Shown: in pieces, positions 1 through 8,238 of the stretch
Layout of the letters: the number at the start of each line of letters is the position of its first letter
Numbering within the stretch: the first letter of the stretch is position 1
Notes under the pieces: model-generated
Told to the model about the DNA's origin: nothing
Seen by the model: the letters and a program-made list of their open reading frames with translations, nothing else
The model's database searches: none
Position numbers and translations under genes: made by a program
Assembly: GCA_964370035.1 (NCBI GenBank)
Contig: CAYJGT010000002.1
Span: 1 to 44,453, forward strand
From: an uncultured Oscillospiraceae bacterium
GTDB lineage: Bacteria; Bacillota; Clostridia; Peptostreptococcales; Anaerovoracaceae
Direction of reading: 5' to 3'
Length of the DNA stretch: 44,453 bases

Positions 1-238
1 CTTATACCAAGGTATGTTAATATTACCGACTTATTATATTCTCCTATCAAATTATGTTCCTTCCTTGTCTCCACTTAATCTCAATTTTAATTTACCTTCT
101 ATATTTAGATTGAATTATTATACGAGGTTAATTAAGTTTCAATTGAAATCATTAGTTCTTTGTATAACTTCAATATAGCGCCGGCACTAAAGAAACTATG
201 GTAAAATTCAACTCTGTTATTAACCTCAAATATAAAGA

Positions 239-823
239 TTAAATATTTTTACGAACTTTAACCCCATATAAAATCAAGTTTACTGCGATATGGGTAAATC
301 CCCCAAGGAGAATATATGTTACAACTCCCTGCAAACTTAGTCTAGCTAATATTCCAATGGCAACACCTATTCCTATAATAGAGTCAAACTGATCTGCTAC
401 AAAAAACACAATACCTTTCATCCCTCTATCAGTTTTCCCAGAACTAATATTCAATCTACGTTTAATAAAGCTATTCGGAAGCTCAAATATTACATATAGT
501 GCCCCAAATAAAAGCCCCACTAATAAGTTAAAAATAATAGTGTTTTCCCAAAAAATATATAGTTGATTATATTCTTCTAAACCTGTTACTTTCAACACTA
601 TTCCCCAAAAGACTTGCATGGCTCCTGTGATTATTATCATTCCCCAAAAGCCTACCCAAGTTTTGTTTTTTCCAAAAATAGGGCGGCCATCTTTAAGAAC
701 TCTGTGACCATCAATAGGGGTAGCATTTTCCTTATACAAATTTGTTTTTGTGAAAACCATATTTCCAATACCACCTATGATTATTGGCATAATGGTTACA
801 TACATTATAAAAATGCTCATCAT
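239..823 (-). CDS. CDP-archaeol synthase-like (CarS/DUF46, CTP-transferase superfamily) integral membrane protein
   Basis: 194-aa multi-TM ORF. Motifs PIDGHRVLKDGRPIFGKNKTWVGF and NSFIKRRL...VADQFDS resemble the CarS-family signature. Its ATG overlaps the stop of the upstream dgkA-like ORF (ATGA, 820-823). Confidence 0.6.
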   Translation of the reverse strand: MMSIFIMYVTIMPIIIGGIGNMVFTKTNLYKENATPIDGHRVLKDGRPIFGKNKTWVGFWGMIIITGAMQVFWGIVLKVTGLEEYNQLYIFWENTIIFNLLVGLLFGALYVIFELPNSFIKRRLNISSGKTDRGMKGIVFFVADQFDSIIGIGVAIGILARLSLQGVVTYILLGGFTHIAVNLILYGVKVRKNI

Positions 824-1185
824 ATAACCTTGGGAATTAAAATAATACCTTGAGTAATAAAAAAGCCTATTCCCATAGCCAACACTCCTGCTGCCGCAAC
901 ATCTTTTAGAACCTTAATCTTATCATTATATTCTGGCTCAATAATATTTGAAACATGTTCTATTGCTGTGTTAATAAACTCTGCAGAAAATACTGTTGCA
1001 ACTGAAACGGTAAATATGCAATACTCTATCAAAGTACTTTTAAGAAGAATATTAAAAGCAAAAAATATTGCCGCTATTAAAGCATAGTATTTGAAATTTT
1101 TTTCAGTCTTAATGCCAATAGCAAAACCTATAGCTGCTCTTTTTATACTCTCTGCAAATGTCCTATTTCTCACTAGCCACCTCAA
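820..1185 (-). CDS. dgkA: diacylglycerol/undecaprenol kinase family (DgkA-like) small membrane protein
   Basis: About 120-aa ORF with 3 predicted TM helices. AEFINTAIEHVSN matches the DgkA E-x-x-N-[ST]-A-I-E signature. The track start at 1185 is TTG. GTG at 1173, preceded by GAGGTGG, is a likelier start. Confidence 0.65.
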   Translation of the reverse strand: MRWLVRNRTFAESIKRAAIGFAIGIKTEKNFKYYALIAAIFFAFNILLKSTLIEYCIFTVSVATVFSAEFINTAIEHVSNIIEPEYNDKIKVLKDVAAAGVLAMGIGFFITQGIILIPKVI

Positions 1186-1393
1186 TTCTAATCCATCTTA
1201 TAGTTCCCTCTATTATCTATGAAATTCTAACAAATGTCAAACTACTCAACTGGCTCATAATTAGATATTCCCTCTAAATCAAGAGGAATACACCCTTCTT
1301 TTTTATAAACCCTTTTGCGGTAAAAGAAAAACCTATAATAAAGAGGTGATATTTCCTCATCAATAGCTTCACCTTAACTATATGAAACACTTT

Positions 1394-1421
1394 GAAAAAG
1401 AGCATGCTAATTTTAGCATGC
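1394..1421 (-). terminator. rho-independent terminator after the EamA gene
   Basis: GCATGCT/AGCATGC stem (1402-1421) followed on the minus strand by a T-run (plus-strand A-run 1394-1400), about 60 nt downstream of the stop at 1483. Confidence 0.5.
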
Positions 1422-1482
1422 CCTTTCTATAAATCGTCACATTATGTTTTTATAATTAGTATAAAATTCTTGTCTAACATTA

Positions 1483-2373
1483 TCAAAGTTTATCTAATTG
1501 TTTTCTTTTAATAAATCCCAACTTAGTTTCAGAACAAATAATTCCAATAAAAATTAAGGTGAACCCAATAAGCATCCTAGGTGTAGGGTGATCCATCCCA
1601 AACATTATCGAAAATATGGCACCAAATGGAGCTTCCAAAGAAAAGAAAATTGCCGCCATAGATGTAGGAGTAAATCTTTGAGAATAATTTTGTATCAAAA
1701 ATCCTAATACGGAAGGAAATATTATCAAATATCCTAATTGGAAAATTGCTTCTGACGGAATAATTGATTCAGGCATAGGCGTTGTTATAAATGCAGTTAT
1801 CCATGCAAATATGGAAAAAGCTCCAAACTGAACCACCGTAAGAGCAAATACATCTTTCCCACGCGTGAATTTTCCTACTACCACAATTGTCCATGCGAAA
1901 CAGATTCCTGCAATCAAACCAAAGATTACACCAATTTCCCCTGTTAAAGATCCGTTTAAGGATATAAATCCTATCCCAGTTAAACAAACAACACCTGCTA
2001 TTATATTATACCTATCCGGCTTCTTTTTATCCACTAACCAATACAGAAAGGGAACTATTACACAATAGATTCCGCATAGAAAGGCTGTGGTTCCAGGGGT
2101 AATTCTCTCTAAGGACATAATTTGAAAGGCATATGTAGCATATAAAAAAAAGCCCATCAAACTGCCTCTCCAAATATAGCTTAAGTCTATCTTCCTAATT
2201 TTTTTCCACATTATTATCGCTATGACAATAAAGCAACCTGTAAATCTATAGGCTAATAGCCAAAATGCAGGCAAACTATCTAAGGCATCCTTTGAAACCA
2301 CAACCGCACTACCCCATAAAATTGGTGCCAGAATCAGAAGAAATCTCATTTTTTTATTCGAGTTATTATTCAT
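1483..2373 (-). CDS. EamA/DMT-family transporter
   Basis: 296-aa ORF with about 10 TM helices and the duplicated EamA-type architecture. Confidence 0.75.
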   Translation of the reverse strand: MNNNSNKKMRFLLILAPILWGSAVVVSKDALDSLPAFWLLAYRFTGCFIVIAIIMWKKIRKIDLSYIWRGSLMGFFLYATYAFQIMSLERITPGTTAFLCGIYCVIVPFLYWLVDKKKPDRYNIIAGVVCLTGIGFISLNGSLTGEIGVIFGLIAGICFAWTIVVVGKFTRGKDVFALTVVQFGAFSIFAWITAFITTPMPESIIPSEAIFQLGYLIIFPSVLGFLIQNYSQRFTPTSMAAIFFSLEAPFGAIFSIMFGMDHPTPRMLIGFTLIFIGIICSETKLGFIKRKQLDKL

Positions 2374-2501
2374 AAGAAGCCCCTTTGTTTTACAATTTTA
2401 TATCATTATTTGCTTTCTTTTTTAGATTTAACTTTTATTAACTTAAAGTTCTTGTGCTTCTAAGTTTATATTTATTAGTTGGCATTTGAATTATCTCTCT
2501 G

Positions 2502-2921
2502 TTACTTGTCCAGTTCTAATATTTCTCTCAAGGTAGGGCTTAAGGGCCTACTAACCCTGTTAGCAGCATCATAACCAACAAAAACACTTTCTAAGGTAAC
2601 TAGTATTTCTTCTTCACCTTTACGATATACTTCAAACATGACCGTAAAGCTTCGCTCACTTGACTTTAAGATATACATCCCAACCTCTATAATATCATCT
2701 GCCATTACACTTCCCATGTAGTCAATGGTATTCTTTCGGTGGCAGATTTCAGAATCTAGCTCATTTACAAGTTGAGTCGTGGTAAAGCCTCTGGATCTAA
2801 AGAAGTCTTCAAGAGTAAATTCACTGTAAATTCCATATACTGAATTGTGGACTATGCCTTGTTGATCAATTTCATTATATCTAGTTGTAATGGTTGTAAA
2901 GTGTATACAATCCTTCCTCAT
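2502..2921 (-). CDS. hotdog-fold acyl-CoA thioesterase (4HBT/YbgC-like)
   Basis: 139-aa ORF. The N-terminal RYNEIDQQGIVHNSVY is the typical YbgC/4HBT catalytic-Asp region, and the size fits the family. Confidence 0.7.
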   Translation of the reverse strand: MRKDCIHFTTITTRYNEIDQQGIVHNSVYGIYSEFTLEDFFRSRGFTTTQLVNELDSEICHRKNTIDYMGSVMADDIIEVGMYILKSSERSFTVMFEVYRKGEEEILVTLESVFVGYDAANRVSRPLSPTLREILELDK

Positions 2922-2996
2922 AATTTTCTCCTTGCTGTATAAAATATATACTTTCTCTTTTTTGCACGACTCCTCTTTTCACATCAGACAATAAAT

Positions 2997-3263
2997 CTAT
3001 TTCGTTTTATCATCTTTTTTTATTAGCGCATTGTATCTTGTAATTGCAGCTTTTGCACTGAAAGAAGGCTTTCTAATCATATGATTGAAAGCTTTGGGTA
3101 CACATATGTCAACACAATAACCACAGTTAATGCATAGCCTAAAAGAATCCGTTGTAGTAATTGGACAACCATTTCCCTCGTCACCAATTGCTTTTTGCGG
3201 ACATACAACTATACATTTTCGACACTTTATGCACTTTTCTTTATCAATAGTAAATAATTCCAT
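2997..3263 (-). CDS. 2x[4Fe-4S] ferredoxin-domain protein
   Basis: 88-aa ORF with two CxxCxxCxxxC(P) motifs (CIKCRKCIVVCP and CINCGYCVDICVP). Confidence 0.8.
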   Translation of the reverse strand: MELFTIDKEKCIKCRKCIVVCPQKAIGDEGNGCPITTTDSFRLCINCGYCVDICVPKAFNHMIRKPSFSAKAAITRYNALIKKDDKTK

Positions 3264-3458
3264 ATTTTCTGCCTTTCAGTAATAGCTATTAAGTGTTTCT
3301 CTAGTATATCACCAAATACCTTGCACCACCTATAAAAGGTGGTAGCAAGGCCTTTATTTTTTTGCATAACATTTAACTGCTGCTAGGCTTTTAATGCGTA
3401 TGTCTTTGTTTATTCTGATTTCAACAATTTCCTTCACAAGCATTTAACCTTTTTCAGA

Positions 3459-4664
3459 TTACAGCGATCCTTGAACTACTGCCCCACAGTCTAAAAGCTC
3501 ATCAATCCTCTCTTGAGAGTATCCTTCGCCTTTTAGAACCTCAATTGACTCAGCTCCTGGAGTTATAGGCGCTGCATTATATGGGTATACAGGAGTTTTG
3601 CTGAATTGAATAGGTGTGTTTACTGCCTTCATTTTTCCAACTATTGGCTGATCTATTTCTACAATTACATCTAAATTTACAGTTTGAGGATTGTTAATAA
3701 ACTCTGCTGAAGTATTAACTGCTGAGGCAGGAACTCTAACTTCAAATAGATCATTTTCAATTTGGCGTTTATCCATTTCTTTTGTAGCCGTTTCTATTTC
3801 AGCAATAAGCTCTGCTCTATTATCTACACGCAGCTCATTATCCAGGAAACGAGGGTCAGACAAAAGCCTTGTTAGCCCTAGCTTTTCACAAGCAGCTTTC
3901 CACTCTTCTTCAGAAGTCACTGCCATTGTTACATGTCCATTTTTTGCGACAAACTCTCCAAATGGAGCATACCACGGATGATGATTCCCAGTTCTAGCCG
4001 TAAATTTTCCTTCTATTGAATGTTCAAGAACTGCTGCTTCACACATATAAAATGCACAATCAAGCATTGCAATATCTACTCTAATACCTTTTCCTGTTTT
4101 CTTCCTATTTAGCAGTGCCATTGATAGGCCTTTCAGCAGATTTAAGCCAGCCCATGTATCGCACATCGAAAATCCAGGTTTTATTGGAGCTTGACCCTCT
4201 TCCCCTGTTTGCCCAATAAGGCCACTCCTTGCCGCAGCAATTATGTCCATGCAAGGCAGGTGTGATAAAGGCCCATATGTTCCAAACCCTGCAATAGATC
4301 CATAGATCAAGTTAGGATTAACTTTAATCATTTCTTCATAACCTAAGCCAAGCTTTTCTAAAGTTCCAGATTTATAATTCTCTATAACTATGTCTACTCT
4401 AGAAACTAAGTCTAACACAACTTTCTTGCCCTCTTCCGACCTCATATCTATTGCTATACCTTTTTTTCCCCTATTATACTGGCAAAAATAAAGGCTAACA
4501 TCATTAACATAAGGACCATATTCCCTGGATAAATCTCCCCCTCCAGGTCGCTCAATTTTTATCATTTCTGCACCTAAGTCCGATAGAAGCATTCCACAAA
4601 ATGGTGCTGCTAGTACTTGTGACAAGTCTAGAATTTTTATTCCTTCAAGAGGTCTTTTTTTCAT
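3459..4664 (-). CDS. family III CoA-transferase (CaiB/BaiF family)
   Basis: 401-aa ORF. The N-terminal LEGIKILDLSQVLAAPFCGMLLSDLGAEMIKIERP is the classic family-III start. A GFSMCD segment is present at the expected catalytic-Asp region. Confidence 0.85.
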   Translation of the reverse strand: MKKRPLEGIKILDLSQVLAAPFCGMLLSDLGAEMIKIERPGGGDLSREYGPYVNDVSLYFCQYNRGKKGIAIDMRSEEGKKVVLDLVSRVDIVIENYKSGTLEKLGLGYEEMIKVNPNLIYGSIAGFGTYGPLSHLPCMDIIAAARSGLIGQTGEEGQAPIKPGFSMCDTWAGLNLLKGLSMALLNRKKTGKGIRVDIAMLDCAFYMCEAAVLEHSIEGKFTARTGNHHPWYAPFGEFVAKNGHVTMAVTSEEEWKAACEKLGLTRLLSDPRFLDNELRVDNRAELIAEIETATKEMDKRQIENDLFEVRVPASAVNTSAEFINNPQTVNLDVIVEIDQPIVGKMKAVNTPIQFSKTPVYPYNAAPITPGAESIEVLKGEGYSQERIDELLDCGAVVQGSL

Positions 4665-4737
4665 TCTCTATATTTTGTACGTCCTTAAAAAATTGAAAGC
4701 TAACGTACTCTCCTTTCCTATTAATTTCTAACAGTAA

Positions 4738-5940
4738 TTAAATTACGCCTTTTTCTTGTAATTTTGACATCATAGAAGCATCAATATCTAAACTAGCATA
4801 AATTTCAGCATTATTTGCTCCCAAAATTGGCGCTGGCGGAATACTTTTCTCTACAGTCCCTAGGAATTTTACTGGCCTTCCAGGCATTTCCACATCTCCA
4901 ATCGCTGGGTTCTTAACAGTGTGAATCATATTTCTTTCTTTTAATTGAGGGTCTCCAAGGGCTTGTTCCGTAGTACCACACATTGTTCCAGGAATCAGAA
5001 TTTCATCACAAATATCCGCAAATTCTTTCATAGTGTAGTCAGCTAATAAGTCCTCGAGTTTGTCCCTAAGATCACCAAAATAATTATATCCTCTTACTGA
5101 ATTTGAGTGATATTTTTCGTCAGTAGCCCATTCTGGCTTTCCAAATCTTATAGCAAGCTTTTTCCACTGATCATCGGAGGAAGCCCCAATGGCCACATAA
5201 CCATCTTTACACTTAAGAATATCATATGGGTTTATATTAGGGTGGGCATTACCTGTTCGCATCGGATCATCTCCCGTTGCACTGTAGGTTATGACCTTAT
5301 CTTCACTAATTGCGGCTAAAGTCCCACATAAAGAAGTTTCCACTAATTGGCCTAATCCTGTATCCATAGCATCCATCAAAGCTAAAGTTATACCTGCCGA
5401 AAGAAAGCTTGCACTATATTTTTCTCCTATTGAAAATCCTATTCTTGTAGGTGGATTTTCTGGAAATCCTGTTACATGCATGGACCCAGCTTTTGCTTGG
5501 GCAATAAGTTCAATCTGAGGAAAATCCACGCCTTCTCCTTTAGATCCGTACCCTGTTGTTCTTCCATACACAATAGACGGTTTTTCTTTTGCAATATCTT
5601 CATATCCTAATCCAATTGCCTCTAACGTGCCAATTGGGAAATTTTCTAAGACAACATCTGCAGTCTGTACCAATTCTTTAAAAATCTTTTGCCCTTCTGC
5701 AGACCATAAATTTAATGTAATACTTTTCTTTCCTCTATCTCTAAAGGCTTGATGTGGGCTTGCTCCTTTTTTTAACGGAAGCATTTTGCGAAGAGGATCT
5801 CCCTCTCCAGGGGCCTCAATCTTAATCACTTCTGCCCCATAATCAGCTAACTCCATTCCTGCATATCCAGAAAGGGTCATTAGGTCTAAAACTCTAAATC
5901 CTTCTAAAGGCAACATGTTATTTCTCCTTTTCTCATTCAA
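4738..5940 (-). CDS. family III CoA-transferase (CaiB/BaiF family), second paralog
   Basis: LEGFRVLDL...LADYGAEVIKIEAPGEGDP is a family-III N-terminus. The likely true start is the ATG at 5916 (MLPLEG...), preceded by AAAGGAGAAATAAC. By eye, the aligned catalytic position reads GFSIGE (Glu rather than Asp). Confidence 0.85.
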   Translation of the reverse strand: MNEKRRNNMLPLEGFRVLDLMTLSGYAGMELADYGAEVIKIEAPGEGDPLRKMLPLKKGASPHQAFRDRGKKSITLNLWSAEGQKIFKELVQTADVVLENFPIGTLEAIGLGYEDIAKEKPSIVYGRTTGYGSKGEGVDFPQIELIAQAKAGSMHVTGFPENPPTRIGFSIGEKYSASFLSAGITLALMDAMDTGLGQLVETSLCGTLAAISEDKVITYSATGDDPMRTGNAHPNINPYDILKCKDGYVAIGASSDDQWKKLAIRFGKPEWATDEKYHSNSVRGYNYFGDLRDKLEDLLADYTMKEFADICDEILIPGTMCGTTEQALGDPQLKERNMIHTVKNPAIGDVEMPGRPVKFLGTVEKSIPPAPILGANNAEIYASLDIDASMMSKLQEKGVI

Positions 5941-6354
5941 AAAGTTTCTATTTTTTAATTTTTATCAAGTTCTCATTTTTATTTATTTAACTATATAATC
6001 AAATTATTAATTTTGACAAATTCAATTCCTTTATTAAATTAACTCTTTGTCAAATTAGCACTTTGGTTGAATTCATCCATTGCTCCAACTAATTTGATTT
6101 TATTAACTTCTTTGCTAGGGGTACTGCTTAATCATGGCAGTACCCCTAACCACTTCTCACAATTAATAAACAACAACATTTTGGAGTATCATATATAATC
6201 TTTCTACAACAACCTTTGTCTCTACTAAAGCAGCATATTCCTCTTCAGCCTTTTAGTACGGTAAGTTCTTCCTTGGAAACAAAAGACGCAATACTCCTTT
6301 ATTTTTTCTGCAGCTAGACACCACTTTTTTTAGCTACTTTTTCTGCTTCATCAA

Positions 6355-7998
6355 TTATTTTTGATCAATTGATTTCCCTTTTGCAACGGCCTCTTCATCA
6401 GCTTCTTTTTCTTGGAGTTCAATATTTTTTCTATGGAGCCCATTTCGAGAGTCTTCTTTAAGCCATTTGAGTAATCCTATTTCCATAATAATAACTATAA
6501 CTATAAATGGCACAGATATTATTATTGCTATGTATTTTATAGCATCAAAGCCTACATCTGTTAATACAATGCTCATAGGAATAATCGCTAGTAGTACGCA
6601 GAAGAAAATTCTCAGTAGCATAGGAGGAGTTCCCCTCTTTGTTGCTGTTTCGGCTAACGCTAATGAGGCCGAATCTAGTGATGGAACTAAGAAGCATATA
6701 ATCAATATCAGTATTGCTATTGGGCCTATTACTGCTCCCATCGGAAGTGTGCTTATAACTTCAAGTCCAACTTGCTCTGTTATACCTTCCTCTGTTACTA
6801 AACCAACTACATCTACTTCTCCATTCACAAATGTGTTAATTGAGAAGCTACCTAGAACCCCAAAGAGTATAATACTTCCTGATGTAATACCAAGCATAGT
6901 TGCTAGGGCAACTTCTCTAATTGTTCTGCCTTTAGAAACCTTAGCAATAAAGATTGCCATCATTGCTAAGTAATTAAGGTAGAATGCTTGGAAATAAATT
7001 GTCCAACCTTCAGCAAACCCGGTATTACCAATAGGGTCTGTAAATAGAGTCATTCTTATTGATTGATCAATGGTAATTCCTAGAGAGTTAACTATATTCT
7101 TAAATATAAACTCTGCTGCCCCACTAAAGAATAAAACATATAGCAAAAATATTCCGGTCAATATAGCTGCGAGGTTAGATATAACCTTCATCCCCTTATG
7201 CGTTCCTAAATATGATGTAAAGGTATAGATAAGACCGATAATTACAATTATTGCCACCTGTAACGTAGATGTAACTTCAATTCCAAAAACCCTATGAGCC
7301 GCTTCAGATGCCAAAGGAACTCCAAGGCCTAGTGAGGAACTAAGTGCACCTAATATACCAAATATAACTACAAAATCGATAACTTTTCCTATCGCTGACT
7401 TACCTTGAACTTTTTCTCCAAGCATCGCTGTACAAACAGCACTAGTTTGGAATGATGACACCTTTCTGACATACACACCATAACCTATAGCTACTGCCAA
7501 TACTGTGTACATAGCTTGATTAACAATACCCCAATGATAAAATTGATAAGGCAATGCCGTTTCTAATGCTTCTTGACTAAGCGGTTCTATTCCCAATCCA
7601 GGCGAGGTGTAGTAATATACCCACTCGTAAAAAGACCAAGCGATTGCTGATGATGCAAGTGACGCTAATATCATCATAATTATATAGCTTGAAGTACTAA
7701 ATTCTGGCTTTGTATCTCCTAGTCTAATTTTTCCGTATTTGCTAACACAAAGAAATATTGCTAATAAGAAAGTCACAAAAGTAAATACTTCAAAGAATGG
7801 CCCAAGAATAGCTATCATTTCCCAGAAAAATCCCGATATACCTCCTATAGTACCTTCCGGGTTTACTACCATAAGTATTATAAATCCAATAAGAATCACT
7901 ACACTAGTTATAACTAATCCCACTTCAACATTTGCATATTTTTTGCCATTGTTTGTTTCTATATTATTTCCTGTATCCTTGTTCATAATTCTCTCCAT
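6355..7998 (-). CDS. BCCT-family betaine/carnitine/choline-type transporter
   Basis: 547-aa ORF with about 12 TM helices. It has Trp/aromatic-rich BCCT-like segments (AWSFYEWVYYY, GWTIYFQAFYLNYLAMMAIFIAKVSKGRTIRE). Confidence 0.88.
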   Translation of the reverse strand: MERIMNKDTGNNIETNNGKKYANVEVGLVITSVVILIGFIILMVVNPEGTIGGISGFFWEMIAILGPFFEVFTFVTFLLAIFLCVSKYGKIRLGDTKPEFSTSSYIIMMILASLASSAIAWSFYEWVYYYTSPGLGIEPLSQEALETALPYQFYHWGIVNQAMYTVLAVAIGYGVYVRKVSSFQTSAVCTAMLGEKVQGKSAIGKVIDFVVIFGILGALSSSLGLGVPLASEAAHRVFGIEVTSTLQVAIIVIIGLIYTFTSYLGTHKGMKVISNLAAILTGIFLLYVLFFSGAAEFIFKNIVNSLGITIDQSIRMTLFTDPIGNTGFAEGWTIYFQAFYLNYLAMMAIFIAKVSKGRTIREVALATMLGITSGSIILFGVLGSFSINTFVNGEVDVVGLVTEEGITEQVGLEVISTLPMGAVIGPIAILILIICFLVPSLDSASLALAETATKRGTPPMLLRIFFCVLLAIIPMSIVLTDVGFDAIKYIAIIISVPFIVIVIIMEIGLLKWLKEDSRNGLHRKNIELQEKEADEEAVAKGKSIDQK

Positions 7999-8143
7999 TT
8001 TCCAATCTTCATATGATGGTAAAACCCCTAAGATTATAATAGTTGTAAAACCCTTTCCTATACAATCTTTTAATTTTCATCATATTCAAATTTTTATTCG
8101 TCAAACTATTCAGTTCGTCAATATTTTCTGACAATTCTACTTT

Positions 8144-8191
8144 AAAAAAGTCCGCCTAATGACAAAGTTTTTATTTTATCAGTAGGCGGAC
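8144..8191 (-). terminator. terminator-like hairpin between the acyl-CoA dehydrogenase and BCCT genes
   Basis: 13-bp stem with 1 mismatch (8150-8162 / 8179-8191) and a 16-nt loop, followed on the minus strand by TTTTTT (plus-strand A-run 8144-8149). It lies about 48 nt after the stop at 8239. Confidence 0.55.
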
Positions 8192-8238
8192 GAACGCTCA
8201 ATTAAAAACTACCTTCTAGCCTTTAACTGTATTCAATT

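Noticed and set aside
1-238. Possible partial gene or small plus-strand ORF (13-180) at the window start
   Set aside because: There is no RBS, the translation is Leu/Ile/Asn/Tyr-rich AT-driven sequence, and nothing recognisable appears on either strand. I treat it as intergenic or the 3' flank of the CarS-like gene.
3354-3443. 29-codon minus-strand ORF (MLVKEIVEIRINKDIRIKSLAAVKCYAKK), immediately followed by a hairpin (3319-3350), in the 195-bp gap between the second CoA-transferase and the ferredoxin
   Set aside because: The RBS is weak, the composition is what AT-rich DNA yields by chance, and the hairpin has no U-tract on the sense strand. It would only be worth revisiting if conserved in orthologous clusters.
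6467-6973. 168-aa plus-strand ORF (and 7739-8131) antisense to the BCCT transporter
   Set aside because: These are shadow ORFs of a hydrophobic membrane-protein gene, with no independent signals.
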